From the NCBI GenBank assembly GCA_965648905.1, contig CBFGIT010000009.1, forward strand, positions 32,001 to 96,000: a stretch of 64,000 nt of DNA. The letters are read 5' to 3'. Within the stretch, counting starts at the first letter, position 1, and each line of letters begins with the position of its first letter. A model generated the notes under the pieces. The model saw only the letters and a list, made by a program, of their open reading frames with translations, was not told the DNA's origin and did not search any database. The translations under genes were made by a program, and so were the position numbers. Positions 18,164 to 29,837 of the stretch are shown in pieces. The DNA comes from a candidate division WOR-3 bacterium. GTDB lineage: Bacteria > Hydrothermota > Tepidihabitantia > Tepidihabitantales > Tepidihabitantaceae.

Positions 18164-18191
18164 TTGACTCACCTTGCTCGATTCCTATACT
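18164..18191 (+). promoter_or_regulatory. Sigma70-type promoter for accD (likely leaderless)
   Basis: TTGACT-16nt-TATACT, 6 nt before GTG 18198. Confidence 0.65.
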
Positions 18192-18197
18192 AGCTCC

Positions 18198-19016
18198 GTG
18201 CCTGCTCCCACTCGGCCGGTTGGCTCGTCCCAGACGCCGGACGGCATGTGGCTGCGCTGCAACGGCTGCGGCGAGATTCTTTATCGCAAGACCCTCGAGT
18301 CGAACTCGTTTGTCTGTAACCGCTGTAACTACCACTTCCGAATCACGCCCGAGCGCTACATCAAGATACTGCTCGACAACGGCCAGTTGGGCGAGCTTGA
18401 CTCTGACCTCGCGCCGGCTGACCCGCTTGGTTTCCCGGACTATCCCAAGAAGCTGAAAGAGGCCCGGGAGAAACTCGGCCGTCCAGACGGGTTTGTCTAC
18501 GGCCGCGGTACGATTGGCGGCTGTCCGGTCGTTTTCGGTGCGATGGACTTCAACTTTATCGGCGGCAGCATGGGCTCGGTCGTGGGCGAGAAGGTGGCGC
18601 GCGCCATCCGCCTGGCCCGCACCGAGCGAAGGCCTCTGGTGATTGTCGCCACCTCGGGCGGTGCCCGCATGCACGAAGGTATCTTCTCACTCATGCAGAT
18701 GGCCAAGACCTCAGCCGAGCTCGGCCTATTGCGCCAGGCCCGGGTTCCTTTTATCTCTTTGCCGGTTGACCCGTGTACCGGCGGCGTATCGGCATCGTTT
18801 GCCATGCTCGGGGATATCAACATATCAGAACCGGGCGCACTCATCGGCTTTGCCGGACGCAGGACCATCGAGGGCACGATCGGCGAGAAGCTGCCTGAGG
18901 GGTTCCAGACCGCGGAGTTCTGCCTGAAGCACGGTGTGCTCGACCTGGTTGTCCACCGGCGCGACCTGCGCGACGCGATTATCAGGCTGCTCGCGCTGCT
19001 CTGGCCCTGGTCCTGA
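18198..19016 (+). CDS. accD: Acetyl-CoA carboxylase carboxyltransferase beta subunit
   Basis: Zinc finger W.RCNGC...CNRC; MDFNFIGGSMGSVVGEK; SGGARMHEG; GGVSASFA; GFAGRR; FQTAEF. Confidence 0.95.
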   Translation: MPAPTRPVGSSQTPDGMWLRCNGCGEILYRKTLESNSFVCNRCNYHFRITPERYIKILLDNGQLGELDSDLAPADPLGFPDYPKKLKEAREKLGRPDGFVYGRGTIGGCPVVFGAMDFNFIGGSMGSVVGEKVARAIRLARTERRPLVIVATSGGARMHEGIFSLMQMAKTSAELGLLRQARVPFISLPVDPCTGGVSASFAMLGDINISEPGALIGFAGRRTIEGTIGEKLPEGFQTAEFCLKHGVLDLVVHRRDLRDAIIRLLALLWPWS

Positions 19017-19028
19017 CCGCATCCTGCC

Positions 19029-20092
<1,064 letters not shown>

Positions 20093-20096
<4 letters not shown>

Positions 20097-20382
20097 GCGT
20101 GCCGAAGAACGCCAGCCCGCGGCCTCAGCCGAAGTTCTACCTGTAGTGAACGACCAGCCCCGCAATATCATCCTGACCGGGCAGAATTCCCTGCGTGCCG
20201 ACGCCGCGAATTCGCTGGTTGCCCGGCCGGGCCGGTGTCTGTGCGTGTCGGCTGAAGACTTCGAAACCTGTCAGCGTCTGCTCAGCGCCTTCGAGCGGCT
20301 GGCCGAAGCCCAACGACCACAGCCGCGGCCGAGGCGGACCGGCCGCGTCATCCGGGTGAGAGCCGACGAGCGGCCAGCCTAG
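20093..20382 (+). CDS. Small hypothetical protein, possibly frameshifted near 20143 (or starting at GTG 20146)
   Basis: ATG overlaps the ABC gene stop and reads MSVPKNASPRPQPKFYL*; adding one base would join it to VVNDQPRNIILTG...ERPA*, which ends 1 nt before the next gene. Confidence 0.4.
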
Positions 20383-20383
20383 C

Positions 20384-20770
20384 ATGGAAGAACGCGTCAT
20401 TCAAGTATTCTGCGACATCTGCTCGCGCGGCGTGCTGGTCTGGCGCGAGTCGATGTACAAGTGCCCGGACTGCGGCAAGCAGGTCTGTTCGACCTGCTTT
20501 GACAGCGCTCATCGTCAGTGCATGGACTGCAGCCGCCCGAAGCGCGAGGCCGAGGAACTGAATCGCATCCTGGTTCGTCAGGCTGCTGAAGAGCAGGAAC
20601 GGGAAGCAGAGCGAATTCGTCGGGCCAATCGGCTCTGGATCGGCATCCTATCGGTTGTTGCCCTGGTTGCGGCCGCCAGTATCGTCACTTACTTCCTGCT
20701 GACCAGCAACTTTCGCCTGAGCGTGCCCGATATCGTGCCGAAGAAGTCGGCTGAGGTCGAGGCCCCCTAG
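20384..20770 (+). CDS. Cys-rich zinc-ribbon protein with C-terminal TM helix
   Basis: CDIC, CPDC, CSTC, CMDC motifs; coiled linker; hydrophobic LWIGILSVVALVAAASIVTYFLL. Confidence 0.7.
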   Translation: MEERVIQVFCDICSRGVLVWRESMYKCPDCGKQVCSTCFDSAHRQCMDCSRPKREAEELNRILVRQAAEEQEREAERIRRANRLWIGILSVVALVAAASIVTYFLLTSNFRLSVPDIVPKKSAEVEAP

Positions 20771-21258
20771 GACCCGAAACCCGCGCGCCCGCCGACCCGG
20801 ACAAGAAACGTCAGGTACGAGCCGAACGCGGTCATCAGCACCTGTATTGCCGGGCCGGTGAACACCATGAGCATGAGCCAGCCCACCAGGCTCCAGCGGG
20901 TATCGTAGAGATTGAGCGGCAGGCCCAGGCTGCCTGGATTGACGCGCGGATTGAGTAGAATCGGCACGAGCCTAGCCCAGATTATGGCCATCAGGACCAT
21001 GGTCACAGCCGAGGTCAGGAACGCATAGCGCAGCGCCCGTTTCATTGCGCCCTGGACACTGGGAGCAAAGAACTCGGCCCGGCGGGCAGAAAACCACCCA
21101 ACCCCGAACCCGAACACGATGCAGAAGACCGGTGTGCCCAACCCGAGCCCGGCAAGCAGCAGGTCCATAACGATGTAGGCAATGAACGCACCGGCCCAGT
21201 GCTGGCCGAACGTCTTTGCCAAGCTGACCGTGGGCGGGTACGGACGTATCATCCGCAT
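20767..21258 (-). CDS. Hypothetical membrane protein
   Basis: About 4 hydrophobic segments; promoter-like TTGCGC-17nt-TAGTAT 6 nt upstream. Confidence 0.7.
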   Translation of the reverse strand: MRMIRPYPPTVSLAKTFGQHWAGAFIAYIVMDLLLAGLGLGTPVFCIVFGFGVGWFSARRAEFFAPSVQGAMKRALRYAFLTSAVTMVLMAIIWARLVPILLNPRVNPGSLGLPLNLYDTRWSLVGWLMLMVFTGPAIQVLMTAFGSYLTFLVRVGGRAGFGS

Positions 21259-21354
21259 ACCCAGATACTAGCCGGGCCAGCCCGGCTGCGCAACAAACTC
21301 CTGACCTGGTGCCGGTCCGGTCGAATCGCGCGCGAAGACTAGAAGGGCGACTGA

Positions 21355-22668
21355 CTAATGCGCTACGACCACCTTCTGTTTAAGCACACCTTCTTTGGTC
21401 TGGGCACGCAGGACGTACGTCCCGGCTGCCAGACCGGCCAGTCTTACCTCACCGGAAACCAGGCCACTCCACACGGTCTTGCCCAGAACATCGAATACTT
21501 CCACCCGTGCCTCGTTGCTGCCCGAGAGCCGGACACGGAACGTGCCGCGGTTCAGGCTGGGCGCGACCGCGAGCTGCGCTGACCGGACCTTCTGTTCGGC
21601 GACTCCGACCGGACTGAGATAGTACTCGCTGACCCGCAGGCAATTGGTGTCAGAATTCTGGCGACCGCCAAACACCCAGATGCCAGGCACGCCTGTACCG
21701 CCAGCCTCAGCCGGAATGTAGACGCCGGCGTGGTTGCGCCGCCGCTGGTTCAGTTGTGGGAACTGGGCCCACGAGTCGCGTGCCACGTCGTAGATGTAGC
21801 AGTGGGCCGACTCACTCGACCAGGTTCCCCGGCCCGCGATGATCACCTTGCCGGCGAACTCGCCCGGGTAGTCGCTGTCAAACCCAAACCCGCGCGACTC
21901 GCCGTTCGCCCCAGGCATACTGGCAACCGTGGTCCAGCCTGCGGCAGTATCCGCCAGGTTCAGGCGGAAACACTGGGCCTTGGCGGTAAGGGCGCTCGCC
22001 GAATATGTGTCGCCACCGCAGGCAAACAGGAACGAATCAACGATAGCAAGGATGGGATAGGCACGAGCCAGCGGCATGTCCGCCAGTCTGGACCAGCGTG
22101 AGCCGGCTGGAGCCAGTGGGTCAAAGCTCCAGACTTCCCGGGTCGTGACGCTTGAGACCTGGCTGAATCCGCCCATTGCGAATATCAGGTTCCGGAAAAC
22201 GATTGAGGACTGCGCCACGGTAATCTGACCGCCAGAGCGGCCGGGAAACGGGTCGGTCGGCAGCGTTATCGCAGTATTGCTTATCGGATAGTAGACCTGA
22301 AGCGAGTCGGTGTAGTTAGGCGATATGTCGTACCGGCCGCCAACGACGTAGAGCCCGAATGTATCGCCGACCGGCAGGTTGTGGTCGTCCTCAAGCAGAC
22401 AGACATCGTAGTTAGACACGGCCCGAGCCATCGTAACGCCGACGTCGGCATACGTGCCGGTCGCGGGCGTGTAGCTGTAGATGTTGCCGAGGGTTGTTGA
22501 ATTACCGATGCGGCCGCCGAGGAAATAGACCTTGGCGGTCGGTGGAAAGTACTCCCCGTCAAAACGGGTGTAGCCGAACGGGGACTGGGGACCGGTCACC
22601 CATGCCTGTCCGGCCGCGATGCCGACCAGCAAGAAAATGCTGGCCAGCGCGAACACGGTGCTGCGCAC
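21355..22668 (-). CDS. Secreted Kelch-repeat protein with T9SS-like CTD
   Basis: RBS AAGGAGG; YFLGGR, YVVGGR, FAMGG, FACGG, WVFGGR Kelch motifs; VFDVLGK...LAAGTYVLR. Confidence 0.85.
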   Translation of the reverse strand: MRSTVFALASIFLLVGIAAGQAWVTGPQSPFGYTRFDGEYFPPTAKVYFLGGRIGNSTTLGNIYSYTPATGTYADVGVTMARAVSNYDVCLLEDDHNLPVGDTFGLYVVGGRYDISPNYTDSLQVYYPISNTAITLPTDPFPGRSGGQITVAQSSIVFRNLIFAMGGFSQVSSVTTREVWSFDPLAPAGSRWSRLADMPLARAYPILAIVDSFLFACGGDTYSASALTAKAQCFRLNLADTAAGWTTVASMPGANGESRGFGFDSDYPGEFAGKVIIAGRGTWSSESAHCYIYDVARDSWAQFPQLNQRRRNHAGVYIPAEAGGTGVPGIWVFGGRQNSDTNCLRVSEYYLSPVGVAEQKVRSAQLAVAPSLNRGTFRVRLSGSNEARVEVFDVLGKTVWSGLVSGEVRLAGLAAGTYVLRAQTKEGVLKQKVVVAH

Positions 22669-22842
22669 GTCATCCTCCTTGGTTGTTTCTGCCCGCACAG
22701 TACAGTTCGCGGGCCGGCGCGGTTGACCAAGAGTCGGGCCCGAGAAAGCCCTGTGCGCGGCATCTAGTTCTACCCGGCGCAGGCCAGTTTGTCAAGCCAA
22801 AAAAAGTACGACCCGGACGTGCGGGTCTTACGAACGGTCTAT

Positions 22843-25800
22843 CTAAGGATGAAGGGTGTCGGCGTTCTGAGTTCTGAGTTCGACGATAACCTTACTCGCC
22901 CGGCCGCCCTGCTCTGCCCTGAAGAAGTAGACGCCCGGGTTCAGCCTGTCGCCCGCGGTCATCACCCTCCGACCCATGACGTCAAAGACTGCGGTCCTGA
23001 CCGGCGGAACCGAAGTCCGCGTGAATACGGCGGACAGGCCTGATGGCTCCGCTCTGGTCAGATTCCGCTCTGGGACTGCATCAGAACCGGGATTCCCGGG
23101 CCTGATACTCTTGTTCGCAAGACCGCCCGCGTCAAAGCACCAGAACTCGCTGCTGCCCCCACCCTTCAACGCATACACCCGGTTGCCGAGACAGGCAAGC
23201 GAACCGCCGTCGTGGACTCGCTTTCGGCTGTTGCTTGCCGGAATGTCCTCAAGCTGAATCCATGTATCGCGAGCAACCTCATAGCGCCAGAACTCACTGG
23301 TTCGACCGCCCTTGAACGCGTAGATTCCACCGGTGGCGTCCGCGGCCAGCGCTGCACCCTTGCGGCAGCGCGTCAGCCGTCCGCCACTGCCTGACAGGAG
23401 TAGCGGATGGCGCGCCAGCCACGAGTCGCCGCCTGCGACGTACTCATAGAACTCATCGGTTCCGCCCTTGATGCAGAACATCCTGCTGCCCGAGGCAGCA
23501 AGACCAGTGCCGTGTCGCGCCTTGCGGTCCCAGGGCCCGGGTGGCAGGAACCGACGCGCATGCCATTGCTTGGTGACAATCTCATAGACCAGGAAGTCGA
23601 GCGTACCGCTTGCCTTGACCATGTAGACCCTGTCGCCCTTGCGGTCGGGCCAGAAGACTAGCCCGGTGCCGTGCCTGGGCTTCGGCGTATGCTCAGGAAG
23701 CGACACCATCTCCTGCCAGGAATCTCCGGCAATATCGTAGCAGTAAAACTCACGAGTCTTGCTCCCTTTCAGCGCATACACCCGGTTGACTCCATCCCAG
23801 CAGAGCGCCGACCCACCCCAGACGCGACGACGCGAGGGCCCGCGCGGCATGTCCGCGCATCGGTGCCAGGACGAATCAGCCGGGCCGTAACTGAACCACT
23901 CGGCCGAGCCGCCTCCCTTCAACGCCATCACCCGGTCCGCAACCGAAACCAGCCGTGCTCCGGCTCGCGGTTTTCGCCCCTGTTCGCCGGCCGGCACCGG
24001 AGCAAGCTCAATCCAGCGTCGGCTTGCGAGCGATTCGACCGTCACAACCAGACTAAGAGTGTCATTGGTCGGATTTTCATCATCAACCAGGAACGCCCGC
24101 GCACCCAGCAGAAACATCCCTGCCGCGGCATTCCACTGGCGCAGCGTCACGACAGTGCTGCACATCGGTTCAAGCGCCGGCGCGAGCACGGAATCAGCGT
24201 ACACAACGGTCGAGTCCGAACGTCTGACCACGACCCTGACCGGAATCTGTGCCGCCTCCTCACCCAGATTCGCGACCCGCACCTGTGGACTTACCCAGCC
24301 CGCCTGAATCACGCTGCGCGGAGACACGATTGCCCGGACTGCGGCGTCAGTCCGGGATACGACAAACGATGCACGCGCCGTGTCGTTCTCGTGGCGCATG
24401 TCACCGGCGAGCACAACCCAGCACTGCTCATCATACCTGCCGCCTACCGCCTCCCACACACGGAACGTAACTGACCTGGTCTGCCCGGGCTCAAGCTCAA
24501 CCTCCTCGGAGTCAACGTATACCCTGGCGTCGCATCCGCTCATGGAGACCTCAAACCACACCCAAGCACTGTCCTTCACATTGCCAGGATTCGCCACTTC
24601 TGCGAGCGGCTCAATCCTGCCCCGACCGATAACCTCCAGCGGTGCCAGTATCCTTGTCACCGCACCATCGCACACGCTGACAAACACCGACTCCCGCTGG
24701 CAGTCATTCCCCGGATTCCGGTCGCCCTCAACCAGAGTCGAACACGACACAGACTGGACACCACGCACAAGCAAGGTGCAGCAGGCAAACACAACCGCGA
24801 CGCTCTCCCCCGAGGCTAACATCGGGACCTCAACCGTATCATCGTAGAACGTACCGACTCTGAATCGGACTCGGAAGGTCTCAGGTCCGCTGCCCAGATT
24901 CACAGCCATCGCGCACGGCAGACCGACACTACCCGAATCCAGGACCCCGGTCGGCCAGCCGATAGACACTACCCCAACATCGGTACGGACCACGCGAAAA
25001 CTCCGGCGCCGCGCGTTGTTCTCAAGATGCATGTCGCCTTCGAGCACAAGCGAGCAGCAGGAGCTAAACCGACCAACTGTCGTGGGCCACGGCCGGAAAC
25101 CAAGCACCGTATCCTGTCCGGGCCCTAGCTCCGTGCGCAGCGAATCAAAGTAGACCCGTGACTCACCTGCAATCCAGAACTGCGCCTCCACACGGGCCGG
25201 AACATTGCCACGATTCCGCACCTGAGCACTGGGCCGGACTGAATCTGTCCGCACAACCGAGTCCGGTTCCAGAATCGAATCAACGCACACGTCGGCAAGA
25301 CGCACGAACGCACTGCCGACCCAGACGTCGTTGCGAACGTTCATATCCTCGGCGGTGTAGACAGAGCATCTGACTGCGTTCCAGCCCGGCGGTCCGGCAG
25401 ACCACGGTGCGAACTGGAGCAGAGTGTCATGGCCCGGCTCAAGTCCTAGGACCCGCAGTGAGTCGCAATAGTCCGCAACACGCAGCCAGACATCAACGTT
25501 TGCAGTCCGACTGCCGTGGTTCTGGATAGCAGCCTCGGGGATGACAACGAATCCGGAATCCAAAGTGTCTCGCGGAGCCACAATTGACTCAGCCGCCACG
25601 TCTATCCAGTACAACTCGAACGACGACGATGCAGTATCGTCCTCAGGATGCATGTCACCCGGGCAGGCGACCGAACATCGCGCCTTGTAGCAGCCGGGAG
25701 CACCAAGCCAGGCCCTGAATGTCACGGTCACGCTCGATTCCGGGAGCAGCGACACAAAGATGCTGTCCCGGTACACGGTCGCTGAGTCAGACTCGATGGT

Positions 25801-27372
25801 CAGGGTCGCCTTTGTCGTGCATCGAGCATTCCCCCTATTGCTTAGCACAACCCTCGGCCTTACCGTATCCCAGAGCATCAAGCCGGACGGTTCGAGAATA
25901 GTGTCAACAGCAGCGTCCCGTATGCAGACCAAGAAAGAATCCCTCAGCACATCGTTTTCCGGCCACTCGTCCTGAGCCACGCTGGTCGAACACGAGACAG
26001 CGTGCCAGCCCGGCTCGCAGGCAATCCAGGGGTCAAAGCGAACCTCGGTCTGCTGACTCGGCTCGAGCTCAGCCAGTATTCGCGTCTGCACGGCACTGTC
26101 AATCCTCAACTGCACAACCACATCGTGCTCAGTCCACATACCGCAGTTCGCCACTCGGACGACTGGTTCAATTACCGAGCCCGAATCAATCGAACCCGCC
26201 GGTTGCACGATTCTGATCACGCCGACATCGTGCAGTCGTTCGTAGCGACGGAGACGGACCGCAGGATGTTGGCCGTAGGGGTCTTCAGTCCATGCCACCT
26301 GCACCCTGCCCGAACCAGAAGACACTGAGACGCGCCCCTTGTCCCGAGTGCCCACCGAGACCATCGTCTCCGGCTTCCAGATGTTGCCCCGAACTCGACA
26401 GCGGTAGAACAACTGGCGTTGCTGCGACACCGGTTCGTCCCCAGCCCACGCCACGTGAACGTCACCGGCTTCGTCCACAGCGACAGCCGGAGATACCCGC
26501 GGGCGGTAACGCGGTGCGACGCGGGTGGTCTCACCCCAGCCTGCCTCAGTCAACTCGCGGTGAAGAACCCACTGCCCGGATGACGACAACCCACCTACCC
26601 AGACAACGTTAAAAGAACCATTCGGCCCCGATGCCACGCATGGGCTGCTGCACTCGGTGCGGTTGTACACGGTGTCAACGCGTTGCCAGATGCCGAGTCT
26701 TCGCGTCCGCGCCAGTATGCACGACGACGGGATTGACTGCTGCCACACGACCATCACGTCCCCGTCCGGACTTGCGGCAACAGCCGGCCGAGTCAGGTTG
26801 CCATCAGCTTGAGCGAACGACGTATCGTTCAGCCACCTCGCGCCGTCATGCTGGATGTAGCGTACCTGATGGAATGATTGCGGTTGGTACTGCCACACAA
26901 GGTGCACCAAGCCAGCCCGGTCAACCGACATCGAAAGAAGACTCTCCGCGGATACACCGCGGAGACTGTCAACTTCAAACCACAGACCCGAACTCGGACT
27001 CCGGCGGCACAGCTTCAACATGCGGGGTGTCTTGAGAAACCGCGCAACAAGCAGTTCGCCGCCTGAATCCAGAGCAAGCACGGGGTCCATCGTGCCGCGC
27101 GGGTCGGGAAAGAGCACCGTGTCCTCGGACCACTGCCTGGTCACTGCGTCGAAGCGTGAATACCACAACTGGGCAACGCCATCGACGCTGCCCCGCCAGA
27201 CGACGTGAATGTTACCGGCAGCGTCCGCCACTACCGCACGGGCGTTGTTCTCGCAGGTGAGGTCGTGGTCATTCGGTCGGTTGGTAACAGTATCAATCGG
27301 CAGCCAGCCAGCCGCAACCGGCCGGGCCCATGCCAGCAACAGCACCACCAAGAGAAGGAGGAAAGGTCGCAC
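22843..27372 (-). CDS. Large secreted protein: N-terminal propeller, about 7 CARDB repeats, Kelch-like propeller, T9SS-like CTD
   Basis: GGAGGAG RBS then GTG 27372; HVVW/HLVW/HVAW blades; repeated D..V..I..P...N.G...D....ND CARDB units; VFDVMGRRV...PGVYF. Confidence 0.85.
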   Translation of the reverse strand: MRPFLLLLVVLLLAWARPVAAGWLPIDTVTNRPNDHDLTCENNARAVVADAAGNIHVVWRGSVDGVAQLWYSRFDAVTRQWSEDTVLFPDPRGTMDPVLALDSGGELLVARFLKTPRMLKLCRRSPSSGLWFEVDSLRGVSAESLLSMSVDRAGLVHLVWQYQPQSFHQVRYIQHDGARWLNDTSFAQADGNLTRPAVAASPDGDVMVVWQQSIPSSCILARTRRLGIWQRVDTVYNRTECSSPCVASGPNGSFNVVWVGGLSSSGQWVLHRELTEAGWGETTRVAPRYRPRVSPAVAVDEAGDVHVAWAGDEPVSQQRQLFYRCRVRGNIWKPETMVSVGTRDKGRVSVSSGSGRVQVAWTEDPYGQHPAVRLRRYERLHDVGVIRIVQPAGSIDSGSVIEPVVRVANCGMWTEHDVVVQLRIDSAVQTRILAELEPSQQTEVRFDPWIACEPGWHAVSCSTSVAQDEWPENDVLRDSFLVCIRDAAVDTILEPSGLMLWDTVRPRVVLSNRGNARCTTKATLTIESDSATVYRDSIFVSLLPESSVTVTFRAWLGAPGCYKARCSVACPGDMHPEDDTASSSFELYWIDVAAESIVAPRDTLDSGFVVIPEAAIQNHGSRTANVDVWLRVADYCDSLRVLGLEPGHDTLLQFAPWSAGPPGWNAVRCSVYTAEDMNVRNDVWVGSAFVRLADVCVDSILEPDSVVRTDSVRPSAQVRNRGNVPARVEAQFWIAGESRVYFDSLRTELGPGQDTVLGFRPWPTTVGRFSSCCSLVLEGDMHLENNARRRSFRVVRTDVGVVSIGWPTGVLDSGSVGLPCAMAVNLGSGPETFRVRFRVGTFYDDTVEVPMLASGESVAVVFACCTLLVRGVQSVSCSTLVEGDRNPGNDCQRESVFVSVCDGAVTRILAPLEVIGRGRIEPLAEVANPGNVKDSAWVWFEVSMSGCDARVYVDSEEVELEPGQTRSVTFRVWEAVGGRYDEQCWVVLAGDMRHENDTARASFVVSRTDAAVRAIVSPRSVIQAGWVSPQVRVANLGEEAAQIPVRVVVRRSDSTVVYADSVLAPALEPMCSTVVTLRQWNAAAGMFLLGARAFLVDDENPTNDTLSLVVTVESLASRRWIELAPVPAGEQGRKPRAGARLVSVADRVMALKGGGSAEWFSYGPADSSWHRCADMPRGPSRRRVWGGSALCWDGVNRVYALKGSKTREFYCYDIAGDSWQEMVSLPEHTPKPRHGTGLVFWPDRKGDRVYMVKASGTLDFLVYEIVTKQWHARRFLPPGPWDRKARHGTGLAASGSRMFCIKGGTDEFYEYVAGGDSWLARHPLLLSGSGGRLTRCRKGAALAADATGGIYAFKGGRTSEFWRYEVARDTWIQLEDIPASNSRKRVHDGGSLACLGNRVYALKGGGSSEFWCFDAGGLANKSIRPGNPGSDAVPERNLTRAEPSGLSAVFTRTSVPPVRTAVFDVMGRRVMTAGDRLNPGVYFFRAEQGGRASKVIVELRTQNADTLHP

Positions 27373-27636
27373 GGCATGTGACTCCTCCGTCCTCAGGTCT
27401 GCGGCCACATGGTCCGGCCGAGGCGGCTCCATCCGTCGCAGTCCTGTTGACTGGTTTGTGACGGCGCTGACTCCGGACACAGCAGCATGATGACGCAATA
27501 CGCCGCTGGTGTCAAGGGAAGAATCGGACGGCATCGCTGCCAGCCAACGCAACCGACGCTGACCGCAAGAAGAGAGCCGACCCGGACTCGGCCGGGTCGG
27601 CCCTTGACATGCTCTCACAAGAGAGCTGGAGCGCGG

Positions 27637-28614
27637 CTATTCGACCTTCAATACCTTCAGAGTCTCCTGACCGTGGAGACCGACGATTCGACAGATGTAA
27701 GTGCCCGGCCCGACCTGACGCCCAGTCCGGTCGTGACCGTCCCAGACCGGCCGTCCCGGAGCAAGCTCGCGAATCAGACGCCCGTCAGCGGTGTAGACTG
27801 AAACGGCTCGGACCGGTCCGAGCGTTGTCGCAGGCAGGAATAGAACCCGGTCTGAGAACAGGCTGGGAAACACACTGGATGCTGTTCGAGTCCCCTCCGG
27901 CAGTGCGATGACGCCCGCGTCTTCGACCGCGGGCAGGTCGCGCACCGAGACCGCCCACATCGGCGCAAACCAGTCGCTCGTATCCTCGGCCTCGATGCGG
28001 CAGGTCCAGGTGTAACCAATGCCCGGCTCAAGCTCGATCGGCGTGCGCCAGGTCGGAAGGTCGGACCGACCATCTGCAACCAGCGTCTTGCCGTCCCAGA
28101 CCTGGAAGTGGCAAGTGGCCCGGAGCGAGGTTGGCGCGACCACGAAGACCGGCCTCCGGTTCGCTAGTACTGCGCCGTTGGCTGGCAGCTTCGGGTCTGG
28201 CGGATTGATTGCTGAACCAACCGTGAAGTACCAGTCCGGGCTGAACCACGGACTCCACCCGTTCTGGTTCCATGCCCGGCAGGACCAGTGGTAGACATGG
28301 CCGCGCTGCAAAGCCCGGCCGGCCGCGGCCACGCTCCACATCGGAACGAGGCTGTACCCCTCGGCCGCAACGCTGGCCTCCTCCATGACCCGGAACTGAT
28401 ACCAGTGACCCGGCTCGCCTGTGTCCACGACAAGTGTCGGGAAAAACGTCAGCACGGTATCACCGTCAAGGGGCGACAGCGGAGTCGGCGGATGCACGGC
28501 CTGACCCGTCGCGTCCAGACTCGGGTCGACGCCAGCCCCCGGCGCAAGAGCCGCCGGACCAGCAACTGGAATGAACCCGATGACGCCGAAACCGACAAGC
28601 AGAGCTTGTAACAT
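27637..28614 (-). CDS. Secreted protein with two Ig/Fn3-like repeats and FlgD CTD
   Basis: Duplicated P..P..G.V....P..VV...YxW.CR...WF.P.W units; WDGHDRTGRQVGPGTYI. Confidence 0.75.
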   Translation of the reverse strand: MLQALLVGFGVIGFIPVAGPAALAPGAGVDPSLDATGQAVHPPTPLSPLDGDTVLTFFPTLVVDTGEPGHWYQFRVMEEASVAAEGYSLVPMWSVAAAGRALQRGHVYHWSCRAWNQNGWSPWFSPDWYFTVGSAINPPDPKLPANGAVLANRRPVFVVAPTSLRATCHFQVWDGKTLVADGRSDLPTWRTPIELEPGIGYTWTCRIEAEDTSDWFAPMWAVSVRDLPAVEDAGVIALPEGTRTASSVFPSLFSDRVLFLPATTLGPVRAVSVYTADGRLIRELAPGRPVWDGHDRTGRQVGPGTYICRIVGLHGQETLKVLKVE

Positions 28615-29141
28615 GGTAACCCCTTATTGACTCGGAATCTTTCCCCCGGCTCCACCACCCCCAAAATGTCGGGCCATCAGGCGCTCGCGTGCAGCTTCCT
28701 GGGTCAGGATTGCAGGTTAGTAGTCTTGAGCAACCTGATAGCCCAAACCCGACAATACGGAAATTGTATATAGTTGGTGCGTGGCCACCCAGACCACGCG
28801 CACCCCTGCCTTGCTGTTGCAGAGACTGTGCCAAGGCACGACCCGCGCCTCCCCATCGGCTAACCAACGCACACTGCGCACCTTGCCCGGCAGATAGCTC
28901 GCTCTCAACCGAGCCATAGCCCTGACCGCGAGCAACCAACTTCCGGTCGTCATCAGGCTAACCCGCTGAGCCAGGTTGGCTTGTACCCGTGCGACAGACG
29001 CCCGCACCGGACGCGCAAGTCGAAGTCATGACTCACGTATTCGAGACTGAGACGCTGGGCAGCGTCAGGTGGGAGGCGAATGACCGTCGTCCTGCCAAGC
29101 CTCTGGAGAGACAACTCCCGGTTCAGGACGCAACTTTCCAC

Positions 29142-29184
29142 TTGACCGACTCGTCTAATAGGCTATAATGACTGACCGGTCAGT
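29142..29184 (+). promoter_or_regulatory. Sigma70 promoter with overlapping TetR-type operator
   Basis: TTGACC-16nt-TATAAT, followed by the perfect 14-bp palindrome ACTGACCGGTCAGT (29171-29184). Confidence 0.75.
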
Positions 29185-29204
29185 ATATTCACTATCTTAA
29201 CATT

Positions 29205-29837
29205 GTGAAAGCCAAGTCAGAAGAGAAGCGTCGGGCCCTGCTTGAGGCGGCGTTCGCCGAGGTCTCGGAACACGGCTACTTCGAGACCACGGTCGACGAC
29301 ATCGCCCGGCGGGCCGGTGTGGCCAAGGGCACGCTGTACCTGTACTTCCGAGACAAGCCCGACATCTACATCGGCCTCGTGGGCTGGCTGTTGGAACAGG
29401 CGCTGGCCGTGCTCCGTACGACCGCGGCCCGCCCGATTCCAGCGCGGCAGAAGCTGGTCGAGGTCTTCGAGTCCTGGAGTCATACCGTGCTCTCGCAGCC
29501 GGCTGTCTCCGGACTGCTTTCGGTCGACAGCCTCGAAGCCACATCGCGCATGAAGGAACGGGTCATGCACGATGTCGTCCCACGCGTCCAGGAGATGGTG
29601 GATGAAATCGCAAAGATTATCGAGCAGGGAATGAGAGACGGTGAGTTCCGCCGGGTCGACGCACGGCTGGCCGCACTCACTTACCTGAGCGGGTTTCGTT
29701 CGACGATGTTTGTTGTTGCGCATCAGTGGCCGGTTCAGAACCCGGCCCGGAAGGCGCAGGAGCTTTTCTTTGAGGGTATTCTGGCCCGCTCCGGGACAGA
29801 ACGCCCGGTCGGTTCACGCAAGAAGGAGACACAGTAA
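29205..29837 (+). CDS. TetR/AcrR family transcriptional regulator
   Basis: GYFETTVDDIARRAGVAKGTLYLYFRDK HTH. Confidence 0.95.
   Translation: MKAKSEEKRRALLEAAFAEVSEHGYFETTVDDIARRAGVAKGTLYLYFRDKPDIYIGLVGWLLEQALAVLRTTAARPIPARQKLVEVFESWSHTVLSQPAVSGLLSVDSLEATSRMKERVMHDVVPRVQEMVDEIAKIIEQGMRDGEFRRVDARLAALTYLSGFRSTMFVVAHQWPVQNPARKAQELFFEGILARSGTERPVGSRKKETQ

Noticed and set aside
27400..27480. c-di-GMP-I riboswitch-like leader (CAAAC-CAGTC-loop-GACTG-CGACG) before the CARDB gene
   Set aside because: Lacks the GNRA tetraloop and the GCAAAG junction; cannot be supported without an Infernal search
28620..29140. Short ORFs in the intergenic region before the TetR gene
   Set aside because: No RBS, motif or coding-like composition; treated as non-coding
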